The notes beneath the pieces were generated by a model. That model was not told the origin of the DNA, did no database searches, and saw nothing but the letters and a program-made list of their open reading frames with translations. From Candidatus Bathyarchaeia archaeon (GTDB taxonomy: Archaea; Thermoproteota; Bathyarchaeia; Bathyarchaeales; Bathycorpusculaceae), in contig JBEKHN010000001.1 in NCBI GenBank assembly GCA_050012255.1, positions 288,001 through 352,000 of the forward strand: a stretch of DNA of 64,000 bases. Direction: 5' to 3'. The position numbers and the translations under genes were made by a program. This document shows, piece after piece, positions 49,541-58,891 of this stretch (its first letter is position 1; the number at the start of each line of letters is the position of its first letter).

Positions 49541-49812
49541 AGGCCCTAATCATGCCGTAACAGAAAAAGGCTTGCACACCCGATAGCAGCTATCGGATGA
49601 GCATGGTTCAAAGTCTAGCGGTCGGGCATGGGCCGCACGGCTTAACCAATCCTGGTAGTTTTGTGTAGCCTCTGATCTAATCCTGTCAAACCGCTCTTTT
49701 GTGGTCCACGTCATGCGTGTCGGAAAGCGCGCGCGCTAAAATGTGCGTGGGGTTATCCAAATAGCTTTTATTATAGTCTCTGCGTTGTACCCTAGTGTTA
49801 CGCATACAAAGA

Positions 49813-50002
49813 ATGATTGTTTCGGTGATAATACCCACGTACAAGAGAGTTACTGAAACGAAAAATCTTTTAGACATGATACAACGGCAAGACATGGCAC
49901 CCTATGAGATCCTCGTAGTTGATGACACGCCGTCCAGACAAATTGAAACCTTGTGCCATGACTGTAAAGAAGGACTAGCAAACAAAGGTTGCGAACTGGT
50001 AG
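49813..50002 (+). pseudogene. GT2 5' fragment truncated at TAGCGCGCGCTA
   Basis: MIVSVIIPTYKR...EILVVDDT...; similarity stops at 50000. Confidence 0.8.
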
Positions 50003-50132
50003 CGCGCGCTAAACCTCAAATTCTCGTAACGCGCAGACAAGTTTTTCTTGAAGAAGCTTACAATCTAATCCAAGGTGCTTGCAGGTCCGTCTTGGAAACA
50101 TTCACGATATACCGACAGAGGTTGTTATGCTT

Positions 50133-51317
50133 ATGCGCATCTTCTTTCTAGGTGATGCAGAACCTAGACTCGTGCTCGGAAGCGCGGCTGCGCTTGCGAT
50201 GAAGGGCCATGATGTCTTCCATGTAAGCCCATCAAAGAATCTGTTTCCAAGTTTCGCTGAGAAAATCCAAGTTGAAGTTTATGAAGGATTGCGCGTTCCA
50301 ATAAACCGGATAGATATACCTGTTATCGGAGAGAAGAATCTTGCTGGTAGAGAAATCAGTCCGCAAGGCGTTTCTGCCTCTGTATTAACGTTGTTGAAAG
50401 AGGTTTCTCCAGATGTGATTGTATCGTATCCAGAAAGCTGGATGCTGGCTCGTTCGCTGAGCAAGAAGCTGTATATTCCGTTGGTTCTCTACTTAGTCGG
50501 CATCAGAGCACTATATCTATTTACCTACCTGCAGTTTTTTCACAAGTATTCCGACATATTGCGTGCCCCATTTTCTTGCACTTATAATGTGGCTCTCTCT
50601 GAACTATCAGATTTCACGATTGCACCAAAAAAAACCGTAAAGTTCCTCAGATATTTTGGGATTCGAAGAGTTGCTGCGCTTCGCCCTCTTTTTGCGCGCG
50701 TCAATTTCTCGTCAGAACGCGTACGCAGAGGGACTAACATCGAGCTGCCTGAGTCTTATGTACTAAGCATTGCCACAGTCAGTAGAGACAGGAACCCTGA
50801 GATAGACCTAGGCGTTTTTCGGATTGTTATGGCTATTGCACGCAAAACACCAGATGTTTTCTTCGTGGTTGTTGGCACATCGATTAGCGATTTAACGAAT
50901 CTGGGCAAAGCTTCTGCCCTGCCAGGTAATGTGCGGCTTGTGGGAAAGATATTCGACGATGATTTGCTTGCTGTTATGTACAGGAAAGCCAAGTGTGTTC
51001 TGTGTCCGATAGTGTACCCAGGGCTGTCCACTAGAGTTGATGAAGCTCTTTTCTACAAAAGACCCATTGTAATGACCAAGACGACTGCTGACTCATATGG
51101 TGCGCTTGTGGATCACGAAAATTGCATTGTCGAGCAGGATTTTGGCAAGTGGCCTGCAAAGGTGCTCCAAGTAATGGACGATAGTGAATTGAGAAAAAAA
51201 CTCGAAGTGGGTGCGGAAAGATACTACGCCGAAGTATGTTCACCGAAACGGCACGCGCTGATATTGGAACAAATACTTAACTACGTGGTTGAGTACGCAC
51301 AAGCACGAAAAAATTGA
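50133..51317 (+). CDS. GT-B (family 4-like) glycosyltransferase
   Basis: KGHDV, FVVVG, YRKAKCVLCP, TRVDEALFYKRPIV. Confidence 0.8.
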   Translation: MRIFFLGDAEPRLVLGSAAALAMKGHDVFHVSPSKNLFPSFAEKIQVEVYEGLRVPINRIDIPVIGEKNLAGREISPQGVSASVLTLLKEVSPDVIVSYPESWMLARSLSKKLYIPLVLYLVGIRALYLFTYLQFFHKYSDILRAPFSCTYNVALSELSDFTIAPKKTVKFLRYFGIRRVAALRPLFARVNFSSERVRRGTNIELPESYVLSIATVSRDRNPEIDLGVFRIVMAIARKTPDVFFVVVGTSISDLTNLGKASALPGNVRLVGKIFDDDLLAVMYRKAKCVLCPIVYPGLSTRVDEALFYKRPIVMTKTTADSYGALVDHENCIVEQDFGKWPAKVLQVMDDSELRKKLEVGAERYYAEVCSPKRHALILEQILNYVVEYAQARKN

Positions 51318-51613
51318 ACGGAAAATCAGAAAAAGGAAGAATCGGCACACCCCACGCTTCAGTAGTGATTGTGGAACACGCTAAGAAACTACTTCAACTG
51401 TTCTGATTCTAGTGCAATATGGAGAAACCATAATCCTTAACTGTTTCTTCATGAGATTCAGGAAGGAAGGAATCTTAATTGAACCAGGAGGTCATTTACT
51501 GTTTATTGCTGAAGGTGATCGCGCGTGTCATTGCTGAATGACTGCGACATTGTTGCTCGGGCGCGCGCTCCGGGCTCGAAAAAAGAGCCTTCTTGGTTGC
51601 AGGAGAGATCTAC

Positions 51614-52597
51614 ATGACGAAGTTCAAAAGCATTCTGGTCTGTGGGGGGGCGGGTTTTTACGGAAGCAGCATAGTGGACGTGCTGGTTAAAGCCGGGGCT
51701 GAAAAAGTCATTGTCGTGGACAATCTGTTTCTTGGAAATCTGGAGAACCTCCAATGGGCGCAACGTAATGGCAATTTAATCGTGTATAGGGAAGACGCGC
51801 GCTACATCTCCGTCTTGGAAAGCATAATTGAAAAAGAGAAGCCTGAGGCTGTAATCAACTGCGCTGTCAAATGCCTACCGTACGGCTTTGTCGACCCAGA
51901 GGGTGCGTTTACTGCGGGAGTTGATATTGCGGTAAATCTCTGCAATTTGTTACGCAAGAAAAAGTTTGTGAGACTGGCGCAAGTTTCTTCATCAGAATCC
52001 TATGGCTCAGCAGAATACGTGCCTATGGACGAGAAACACCCTTTTCATCCTGAGACTTCCTATGCTGCTGGAAAAGCCGCTGCTGATCTCATTGTTCTGT
52101 CCTATCGAAATATGTACAACTGCGAGGCTACGGTCATAAGACCTTTCAACATGTATGGTCCGAGGCAAAACATGGCTGCATACGCTGCTGTTATCCCTGT
52201 GACGATTCGAAGATTGCTTACTTCAGAGAAGCCCGTGTTAGAAGGAGATGGCGAGCAAACTCGGGACTTTACTTATGTAGAGGATGCCGCTGAAGGGGCG
52301 CTGGCATTGCTGGAGTGTGATGCTGCGTTGGGCAAAGTTGTGAACTTGGGAACAGGAAAAGAGACGAAAATCAAAGACCTCATTGCCATGATTTGCGAAC
52401 ATTTCGGCTATCCCTTCGAGCAAATTAAACGTGCACCAACAAGACCAGCCGATGTAAGAAGATTGTGTGCGGGAATAGAACTGGCGAAAGAACTGATTGG
52501 CTGGAAACCGAAAACCGACTTCAAAGCAGGCATCGAGAAGACATCCAAATGGTTCAGCGAAACGATGAGAATAACAAGCAGAATGACTTACTACTAA
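51614..52597 (+). CDS. NAD-dependent nucleotide-sugar epimerase/dehydratase
   Basis: CGGAGFYGS, SSSESYG, YAAGK, RPFNMYGP, GDGEQTRDFTYV. Confidence 0.93.
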   Translation: MTKFKSILVCGGAGFYGSSIVDVLVKAGAEKVIVVDNLFLGNLENLQWAQRNGNLIVYREDARYISVLESIIEKEKPEAVINCAVKCLPYGFVDPEGAFTAGVDIAVNLCNLLRKKKFVRLAQVSSSESYGSAEYVPMDEKHPFHPETSYAAGKAAADLIVLSYRNMYNCEATVIRPFNMYGPRQNMAAYAAVIPVTIRRLLTSEKPVLEGDGEQTRDFTYVEDAAEGALALLECDAALGKVVNLGTGKETKIKDLIAMICEHFGYPFEQIKRAPTRPADVRRLCAGIELAKELIGWKPKTDFKAGIEKTSKWFSETMRITSRMTYY

Positions 52598-52712
52598 CTA
52601 TTTCAGTGACTGAGACGCCCCGGTAGCGCGCGCTAAAAAGCGCTAGGCATATTAGTCCTCAAAACGAAACACAACTGTGCAGATCATGCTACCTTCGGAG
52701 TTCTAGGAATCC

Positions 52713-53609
52713 TTGGAGAAAAAAATGTTAGAAAATGTTGATGTTCGTTTGTTGCCTTATTCGTGGATTGGCGTCGACAGAAACGTATTAGTAGATAAAG
52801 CAATTGCTGACATGAAGCATTTAAAATTGGTTTCAAATGAGAGGGTAACTCTTTTCTATAATGATTTAGAGTGGGATACAAAATTCTTTAGAGCAAAGGC
52901 GGGTGAGATTCCCTTCGTCATGCCAAAGGCGGATGCAACAATACATGACAGAGTAGAGATCCTAAGAAAACTCGTTAAAAGGACAGAGTACGAGTTCACT
53001 ACTCTCAGAGTCAATGCCCATGATCTGGCAACTGCACAAGCTGCGGAGCATTTGGGCTACTTTATCGCTGACATTCACACAAGCTACTTCTTTGATAAGC
53101 GCAAGCAAAGTTGCGAACCACTTCCCAACCAATACCAAGCCACAAGCCACGTTTACAAGTGTCCCTATTCTGCCAAGAGCCTTATAGCACTTGCCCAATC
53201 AGTTTTCTCCACCAATTTTGCCCATCGATTCCACAATGATCCACACATACCCAAAGAAAAAGCCGACGAATTATACGTGTTGTTGACCAAGCATTGCCTA
53301 GAAAAGCATAGCTCCGTAATAGTTGTTGAGCATGATGGTAATCCAGTTGGATTTTTGACTCTGCAAGAACACGCTGAAAACATTGACGGTGTAACAATTG
53401 GCAAATTCGGAATGGCAGGGGTCGCTCCAGAAGCTCGGGGAAAACAAATCTATCAGAACATGATTCTACAAGGTCTTCATCTCATTCAAGACGACATTGT
53501 TGAAACCACGAATACGGGCATAGTGAATCCAGTTCAACGAGCATGGATGAACCTGAAGTTTAAACCAGCATATGTGAAACTTACACTGCACAAATGGAGA
53601 GTCAAATGA
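52713..53609 (+). CDS. GNAT acyltransferase, WecD/RffC-like
   Basis: LEWDTKFF, HRFHNDPHI, GVAPEARGKQI. Confidence 0.8.
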   Translation: MEKKMLENVDVRLLPYSWIGVDRNVLVDKAIADMKHLKLVSNERVTLFYNDLEWDTKFFRAKAGEIPFVMPKADATIHDRVEILRKLVKRTEYEFTTLRVNAHDLATAQAAEHLGYFIADIHTSYFFDKRKQSCEPLPNQYQATSHVYKCPYSAKSLIALAQSVFSTNFAHRFHNDPHIPKEKADELYVLLTKHCLEKHSSVIVVEHDGNPVGFLTLQEHAENIDGVTIGKFGMAGVAPEARGKQIYQNMILQGLHLIQDDIVETTNTGIVNPVQRAWMNLKFKPAYVKLTLHKWRVK

Positions 53610-53704
53610 AAATGAGAAAGCAAAGCGACGAAAGAAAGAACGCAGTGAAGAGGAACCTATGAACCATTGCACTTCGCTTTGAAGGAGAGTGAAACGAAAC
53701 GCAA

Positions 53705-54445
53705 TTGAAGGACAAGGTTTGCTTGGTAACGGGAAGCAGTAGAGGCATTGGAAAAGCAATTGCTTTGGCACTTGCCCATGAAGGCGCAAAACTAGCAATC
53801 ACCTACCATACTCAAAAATCTGACGCGATGGAAACCATGAACGAAATTGCCAGTGTAATTCATTCTAAGCATATCACTATTAGGGCGGATGTTTCAAAAG
53901 AGGAACAAGTCAATAGAATGATTCAGGAAACAGAAAAGACTTTTGGAACCATAGACATCCTAATCAACAATGCAGGCATACATAGAGACAGCATGTCCTG
54001 GAAAATGGATAAGAAAATCTGGAAAGAAGTATTGGCCACCAATCTCATGGGCCCTTTTCTCTGCACAAAACATGTGCTGCCGATAATGAGGGAGAAGGGT
54101 TGGGGCAGAATCATAAACATATCCTCAGTAATTGGAGAAACAGGATTGATAGGAGCAAGCAACTATGCTGCGTCAAAGTCTGGTCTTGTAGGCTTCACCA
54201 AATCCGTCGCCAAAGAAGTTGCAGACAAACACATCACGGTTAACTGTGTTGCCTATGGCTACATGAATGCGGGCATGAACCTTCAGCTTGCAGAAGAAAA
54301 CAGACAGAAAGTCTTACAGAATATTCCTTTGAAACGATTTGGGACATTAGAAGAAGCGACAGGCCCAGTTCTGTTTCTATGCACTGACGCAGCCTCGTAT
54401 ATAACAGGGCAGACGATTCATGTAAACGGCGGATATTACCTCTGA
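53705..54445 (+). CDS. FabG/PhaB-like short-chain dehydrogenase
   Basis: TGSSRGIG, NNAGI, NISS, YAASK, YITGQTIHVNGG. Confidence 0.9.
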   Translation: MKDKVCLVTGSSRGIGKAIALALAHEGAKLAITYHTQKSDAMETMNEIASVIHSKHITIRADVSKEEQVNRMIQETEKTFGTIDILINNAGIHRDSMSWKMDKKIWKEVLATNLMGPFLCTKHVLPIMREKGWGRIINISSVIGETGLIGASNYAASKSGLVGFTKSVAKEVADKHITVNCVAYGYMNAGMNLQLAEENRQKVLQNIPLKRFGTLEEATGPVLFLCTDAASYITGQTIHVNGGYYL

Positions 54446-54473
54446 TACAAGCGATTAAAAGCGCGCTCTGGCT

Positions 54474-54870
54474 ATTGACAGATTTCATGCGGACACAGAC
54501 CTTTCGGAGAAACTTTCTGACGAGGTATATACTGAATGGCTGAAGAATAGTCTAACCGGGAAATTGGCAGACTACGTTGTGGTCCCAAGAGTTGACGGCA
54601 AAGCCGCCGAGTTCTTGACTTTGAAGCAACATGCTGACAAAGTTGGAGATACTGATATTGGTTAACTGGTCCTAGCGGCGGTCGATACATCAATCCGCGG
54701 CAAGGGTATTTACGCCAACATGATATCGCTTGGGCTGAGAGTTTTGAAGTGGGAAGCAGAAATTGTGGAGACAGGCACTCAAGTCACAAACTACGCTGTC
54801 CAAAAAGCTTGGGTTCAGGTCTTAAACAAGTGACAACGACACACGTATTTCATAAATGGTTAACTAGTCG
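54474..54870 (+). pseudogene. Second WecD-like GNAT, 5'-truncated, with an internal stop and a frameshift
   Basis: IDRFHADTDLSEKLSDEVYTEWLKNS...*LVLAAVDTSIRGKGIY...TGTQVTNYAVQKAW.../...HVFHKW. Confidence 0.75.
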
Positions 54871-54928
54871 AAGAGATTATTCCTTGAAAGATCAATCTTG
54901 ACTGCTTGGACGATGAGGAAGAAGAGAC

Positions 54929-54980
54929 TTGAAGCTTGAGCATGGCGGAGTCTTGGTAACGGGCGGCGCTGGCTTCCTAG
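54929..54980 (+). pseudogene. Stub of an NAD-dependent epimerase (LKLEHGGVLVTGGAGFL) ending at TAGCGCGCGCTA
   Basis: Rossmann motif VLVTGGAGFL cut before its final Gly. Confidence 0.75.
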
Positions 54981-55265
54981 CGCGCGCTACGCTATCAACA
55001 ACTCTGGCGTAGCCGTTACCAGAGGGGTGGGAGGGATCCAACGAATTGGTCTGCATACTATCTTCAAGCGCGAAGAGATGTCGAACAGCGTTGCCGTTCA
55101 ATCAAGATAGTATATATACTATTTTGAGCGCGCGCGCTAAGTTTTTGCAGCTTGCCTTCCAATCCGAGTTCGCTTCTTCGTATAGAATCAGAGTAGAGAA
55201 TTGGCGTTGCGCGTGGGAAAACTGGGACACAGATCTCTGGAAAACAAAGGAATTGGAGGGCACGA

Positions 55266-56378
55266 ATGAAGAATAAGAAACTGAAGCTTATTGAACCCGT
55301 TATCGGTAAGGAGGAAATCAGAAGAGTCAGCAAAGTCCTCTGCTCAGGTTGGCTAACCGAAGGACGGCAAACAGAAGAGTTTGAAGAACAAGTGAGGAAG
55401 TACATTGGAGTAGACTACGCGATTGCCACTACTTCCTGTACAACCGCTATTGAACTGGCCTTGAGAGCCTTAGGGATAGGTCCAGGTGACGAAGTCATAA
55501 TTCCTGACTTCACGCATCCAGCCACAGGAAACATGGTTAAGTGGGTAGGAGCTACGCCTGTACTTGTCGATGTGGACCTGTTCACGTACAACATCGTGCC
55601 CGAAGAAATAGAAAAAGCAGTGACTAGGAAAACAAGATGCATAATTCCTGTTTCTTGGGGGGGAAACCCGTTAGACTTTGAGCCACTGAATGAAATCAAA
55701 CTTAAGCACGAACTGTTAATAGTGGAAGACGCGGCGTGCAGCTTGGGTGCTGAATCCAGAGGAAAGAAAACAGGAACCATGGCAGACATTACATGCCTGA
55801 GCTTCCACCCTAGAAAAATAATAACAACGGGAGAAGGAGGAATGGCAGTGACAGATAACCCTGTCTATGCGAAACGAATACATGATCTCAAGAAGTTCGG
55901 TATGACTACTGGAAAAAAAGGAATCAGATTTACAGGCAATGGAACCAACTACAAGCTGAGCGACGTTTTGGCAGCCATTGGAATAGCTCAGATGCAAAAG
56001 ATAAACAGAATCATAGATAGACGAATTGAGCTTGCCCACACATACGACAACCTACTTTCAAAGGTTGACTCGATCAGGCCTCCACAGAAAAATGAGAACG
56101 TGAAGCACACGTATCAATCCTATGCAGTCTACATCGAAAAGGAAGGAACAAGAGACAAAGTCATCAAAGACCTTCAAAAAGAGAACATTGAAACACAAAT
56201 AGGAACGTATGCTTTGCACATGCAGCCTAGCTATGAACATGTAAAGAAAATCGGGAAATTGACAAGAGCGAAGAAATTATACAAGAACTTATTGACACTA
56301 CCCATGTGTCATTCGATGACGAAGAGAGATCAAGAACGAGTTGTCGCGAAAGTCGAGTCCTCGATGAACGAGTATTAG
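55266..56378 (+). CDS. DegT/DnrJ/EryC1/StrS sugar aminotransferase
   Basis: TSCTTAIELAL, GPGDEVI, EDAACSLG, SFHPRKIITTGEGG, LPM. Confidence 0.95.
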   Translation: MKNKKLKLIEPVIGKEEIRRVSKVLCSGWLTEGRQTEEFEEQVRKYIGVDYAIATTSCTTAIELALRALGIGPGDEVIIPDFTHPATGNMVKWVGATPVLVDVDLFTYNIVPEEIEKAVTRKTRCIIPVSWGGNPLDFEPLNEIKLKHELLIVEDAACSLGAESRGKKTGTMADITCLSFHPRKIITTGEGGMAVTDNPVYAKRIHDLKKFGMTTGKKGIRFTGNGTNYKLSDVLAAIGIAQMQKINRIIDRRIELAHTYDNLLSKVDSIRPPQKNENVKHTYQSYAVYIEKEGTRDKVIKDLQKENIETQIGTYALHMQPSYEHVKKIGKLTRAKKLYKNLLTLPMCHSMTKRDQERVVAKVESSMNEY

Positions 56379-56474
56379 GCAAGACTCGTCTTCTCACTCA
56401 ACTCGCGACATAGCACGCGCTTCAACTAGCTGACAGATTTCCTTTCCCGAACCAGCAACTTTCGCAAATACTCA

Positions 56475-56933
56475 TCATCTTTGAAATCTACTAGTTTGGA
56501 CGAGTGTGTTCTTAGTGTTCCTGTTTCCGGGCACCTGCATACATGCCAAACACAGTTCACTCTGCGAGGCCAAACAATCATTTTGCAAAGACAGGGCATG
56601 ACACTCAAGTTGCTTCATAGACAAATCATGCTTCACACCTTCCAACCTGCTTTTAACGTCTTTGCGTAGTCTTCTCTGCTCTTCAAGCTGGCGTTCAAGC
56701 CGGCCAATTTCATTCTTCGCTTGATGCAACTCCCTATATAGTAGCGCCTGTCCGTCGTGCAGCTCACGCACCCTCTTGATCACGAATAGACTCAGCAACG
56801 CATCATTGAACGGTAAGACGGAGCCACATGAACTAGCATCGTTCGTATTCACTATGCTTTGAAGCTCGATGAGATCCTCAGGCGCAACTTCTCTTGAAGG
56901 CTTCTTATCGTCTCCCACACTTCCGGAGAGCAT
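56475..56933 (-). CDS. Coiled-coil hypothetical protein (possibly the frameshifted C-terminus of 56852..57421)
   Basis: Heptad-rich ELHQAKNEIGRLERQLEEQ; overlaps the upstream ORF. Confidence 0.45.
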   Translation of the reverse strand: MLSGSVGDDKKPSREVAPEDLIELQSIVNTNDASSCGSVLPFNDALLSLFVIKRVRELHDGQALLYRELHQAKNEIGRLERQLEEQRRLRKDVKSRLEGVKHDLSMKQLECHALSLQNDCLASQSELCLACMQVPGNRNTKNTLVQTSRFQR

Positions 56934-57421
56934 TCACGTAACAGTCTTTCCGACGCGAAAGATGATATGATTCTCTCTTTGTTCATCCACAGAAAACCCT
57001 TTCGTAGCCTCTCCCTCCCTTCAAACCCTTTGCCTTGGATTTCGGTGGAACAGGAGGCAACAGAATAGAGAAGATCAGCGTCGGTCCGCGCGTCCTGCAC
57101 AACCCGCTTAACATCTACTACGCCCACGGTAGGATTCGATTTCACGCGCCCGTAGTAGTACATAAGCCGCCTTTTTCCCCTGTCCAAAACCCAATAAACA
57201 TAGCCGCGCACCCTGCCCCGCTTATACTCACGCCTGTCAACAAGCCCTTGCCGCCTACACTTCAAAAGAACCATCGAAACATTCTCCCCGGAAACCCCAC
57301 GCAGCCCAGCAGCAACATCACTGCTAGTTGCTGTTCCCAACCTAAAGACGCTTTCAAGAACCCGTCTTTTCAAATCACAACGAACAAACATCACCATTTT
57401 CCTTCTCAACGGTTCCTTCAC
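56852..57421 (-). CDS. Winged-helix DNA-binding protein
   Basis: ATSSDVAAGL..VSGENVSMVLLKCRRQGLVDR...YVYWVLDRG. Confidence 0.6.
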   Translation of the reverse strand: MKEPLRRKMVMFVRCDLKRRVLESVFRLGTATSSDVAAGLRGVSGENVSMVLLKCRRQGLVDRREYKRGRVRGYVYWVLDRGKRRLMYYYGRVKSNPTVGVVDVKRVVQDARTDADLLYSVASCSTEIQGKGFEGRERLRKGFLWMNKERIISSFASERLLRECSPEVWETIRSLQEKLRLRISSSFKA

Positions 57422-57616
57422 CCAGTCTTAGGACACACGCACTTTTAGAGTTGACGACTAAACACTAGCACGTAAACACCTGCCAACACCGGTCAACCCT
57501 CTCTACATAGTAGAGACACACGAAAAAAGCCAAGCGCGTTGAGACAAACCGCACGCGCAAACGAATTTAGGAACAGGCATGTGCGCTATCAAGAAGGGAT
57601 TTGAGCGGCCTCTAGT

Positions 57617-58666
57617 GTGGGAACTGAAATGAACAAGGGAAAGATCATCAAACTTGGCATTCCAGTCTTGAGCCTTTGTTCAAGAGCAGATGATTCATTT
57701 CTCGTTGTTTCCAAAGGGAAAAAAAGCAATGAACTAGATATTTCTGTTCTCAATTCTTCTGGGATTAGAACTCAAGAATTCGCGACCTTGACAGGTTCAA
57801 GAAGTTTTCTCATAAACACGATAAAGGGAAAACTGTATGTAGGTGTCGATAACAAGCTCATATTGAATGATCATGGCACATGGAAAACGGTGATAAAGAG
57901 CAAAAACAAATCAAATTTCTTTTGGCACATGTGCGCTTCTGACGAAGGCACAATGTATGCTCAAGAATATGGTGAACATCCATGCAATATCTACATGTCA
58001 GAAGATGGCGAACAATGGAAACACCTCGGCACAGCAAAAGGCATAGACAAAAGAGCGAGGCACTTTCACAGTATTGCCTACGACCAATACCGAAGAATGT
58101 TACTGGCAACGCTCGGAGATGGTAATTACATCAGGATAGCCTCTCTCAGGGATAGTGATTGTAATTGGAGACCCTTCTACAGGGGCGCATGGCAAGTTGT
58201 TTCAATCACCGTTCTGAAGAGCCTAGTAGTTTTCGGTATGGATAGCGCCATTGCCCCTGGTGGTTTAGTCTTATGGCATCCGGAAAACTCTCGAATTGAA
58301 GTCTTACATCTACAATGGAGAGATAAGAGGGTCAAGTACATGCAAATGGCTGACTTGAAGCTTCTAAAAAACGGGATTTGGGTAGCTGCTTTGGGAAGCC
58401 CTCAAGCCATAATTGCCTCATGTGATCTTAGAAATTGGGTTCCTATGTACGTAAAAAGCTTTGACGCTGGTTTCAATCATTCAATTGGCATAAGCGAAGG
58501 AAAAAACACTGTTGCCTTCACGACTGGCAACAGTGTCATAGTCCTCAAGAAGGATTATCTGTCAACATATGTGACAAGACACAAACCTGTGATCCGTGAA
58601 CATATGGCATTATTTACCAAGCTTAAGGGCATTGGATACGACATCAAATGCGCGCTTTCTCGATAG
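57617..58666 (+). CDS. Hypothetical beta-propeller (BNR/sialidase-like) protein
   Basis: YMSEDGEQW Asp-box-like motif, RHFHSIAYD...TLGD. Confidence 0.7.
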   Translation: MGTEMNKGKIIKLGIPVLSLCSRADDSFLVVSKGKKSNELDISVLNSSGIRTQEFATLTGSRSFLINTIKGKLYVGVDNKLILNDHGTWKTVIKSKNKSNFFWHMCASDEGTMYAQEYGEHPCNIYMSEDGEQWKHLGTAKGIDKRARHFHSIAYDQYRRMLLATLGDGNYIRIASLRDSDCNWRPFYRGAWQVVSITVLKSLVVFGMDSAIAPGGLVLWHPENSRIEVLHLQWRDKRVKYMQMADLKLLKNGIWVAALGSPQAIIASCDLRNWVPMYVKSFDAGFNHSIGISEGKNTVAFTTGNSVIVLKKDYLSTYVTRHKPVIREHMALFTKLKGIGYDIKCALSR

Positions 58667-58891
58667 AGTGCACGGCTAGAGCAAGATTAGACTGATCATT
58701 CCCGGAGCAAATGAGAACGTTACAGGAATTCTTGAAGCAGGAAAGCTGGTTGAAGAAAAGATTGGATCGTTTGCCAGGTTATAGCGCGTGCTACTTGGAG
58801 TGGACAGCCGCGCGTACTGAATGAATGTTCTATAAACGTATTTATCTTTGTTTGTGGAAGACCTATGTGTTAAAATGAGGAGATAAGATAG

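Larger units (their letters stand above)
1290..57560. repeat. Dispersed palindrome family, consensus TAGCGCGCGCTA (exact at 50000, 52624, 54978; variants at 1291, 3126, 4860, 5787, 6721, 7366, 7981, 13995, 14495, 15155, 15275, 18032, 18067, 18520, 26159, 28084, 28899, 29691, 38628, 43662, 43970, 46071, 49034, 49221, 49289, 49726, 51561, 54460, 55127, 56411)
   Basis: Manual scan; nearly all copies lie between genes or at pseudogene breakpoints. Confidence 0.85.
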
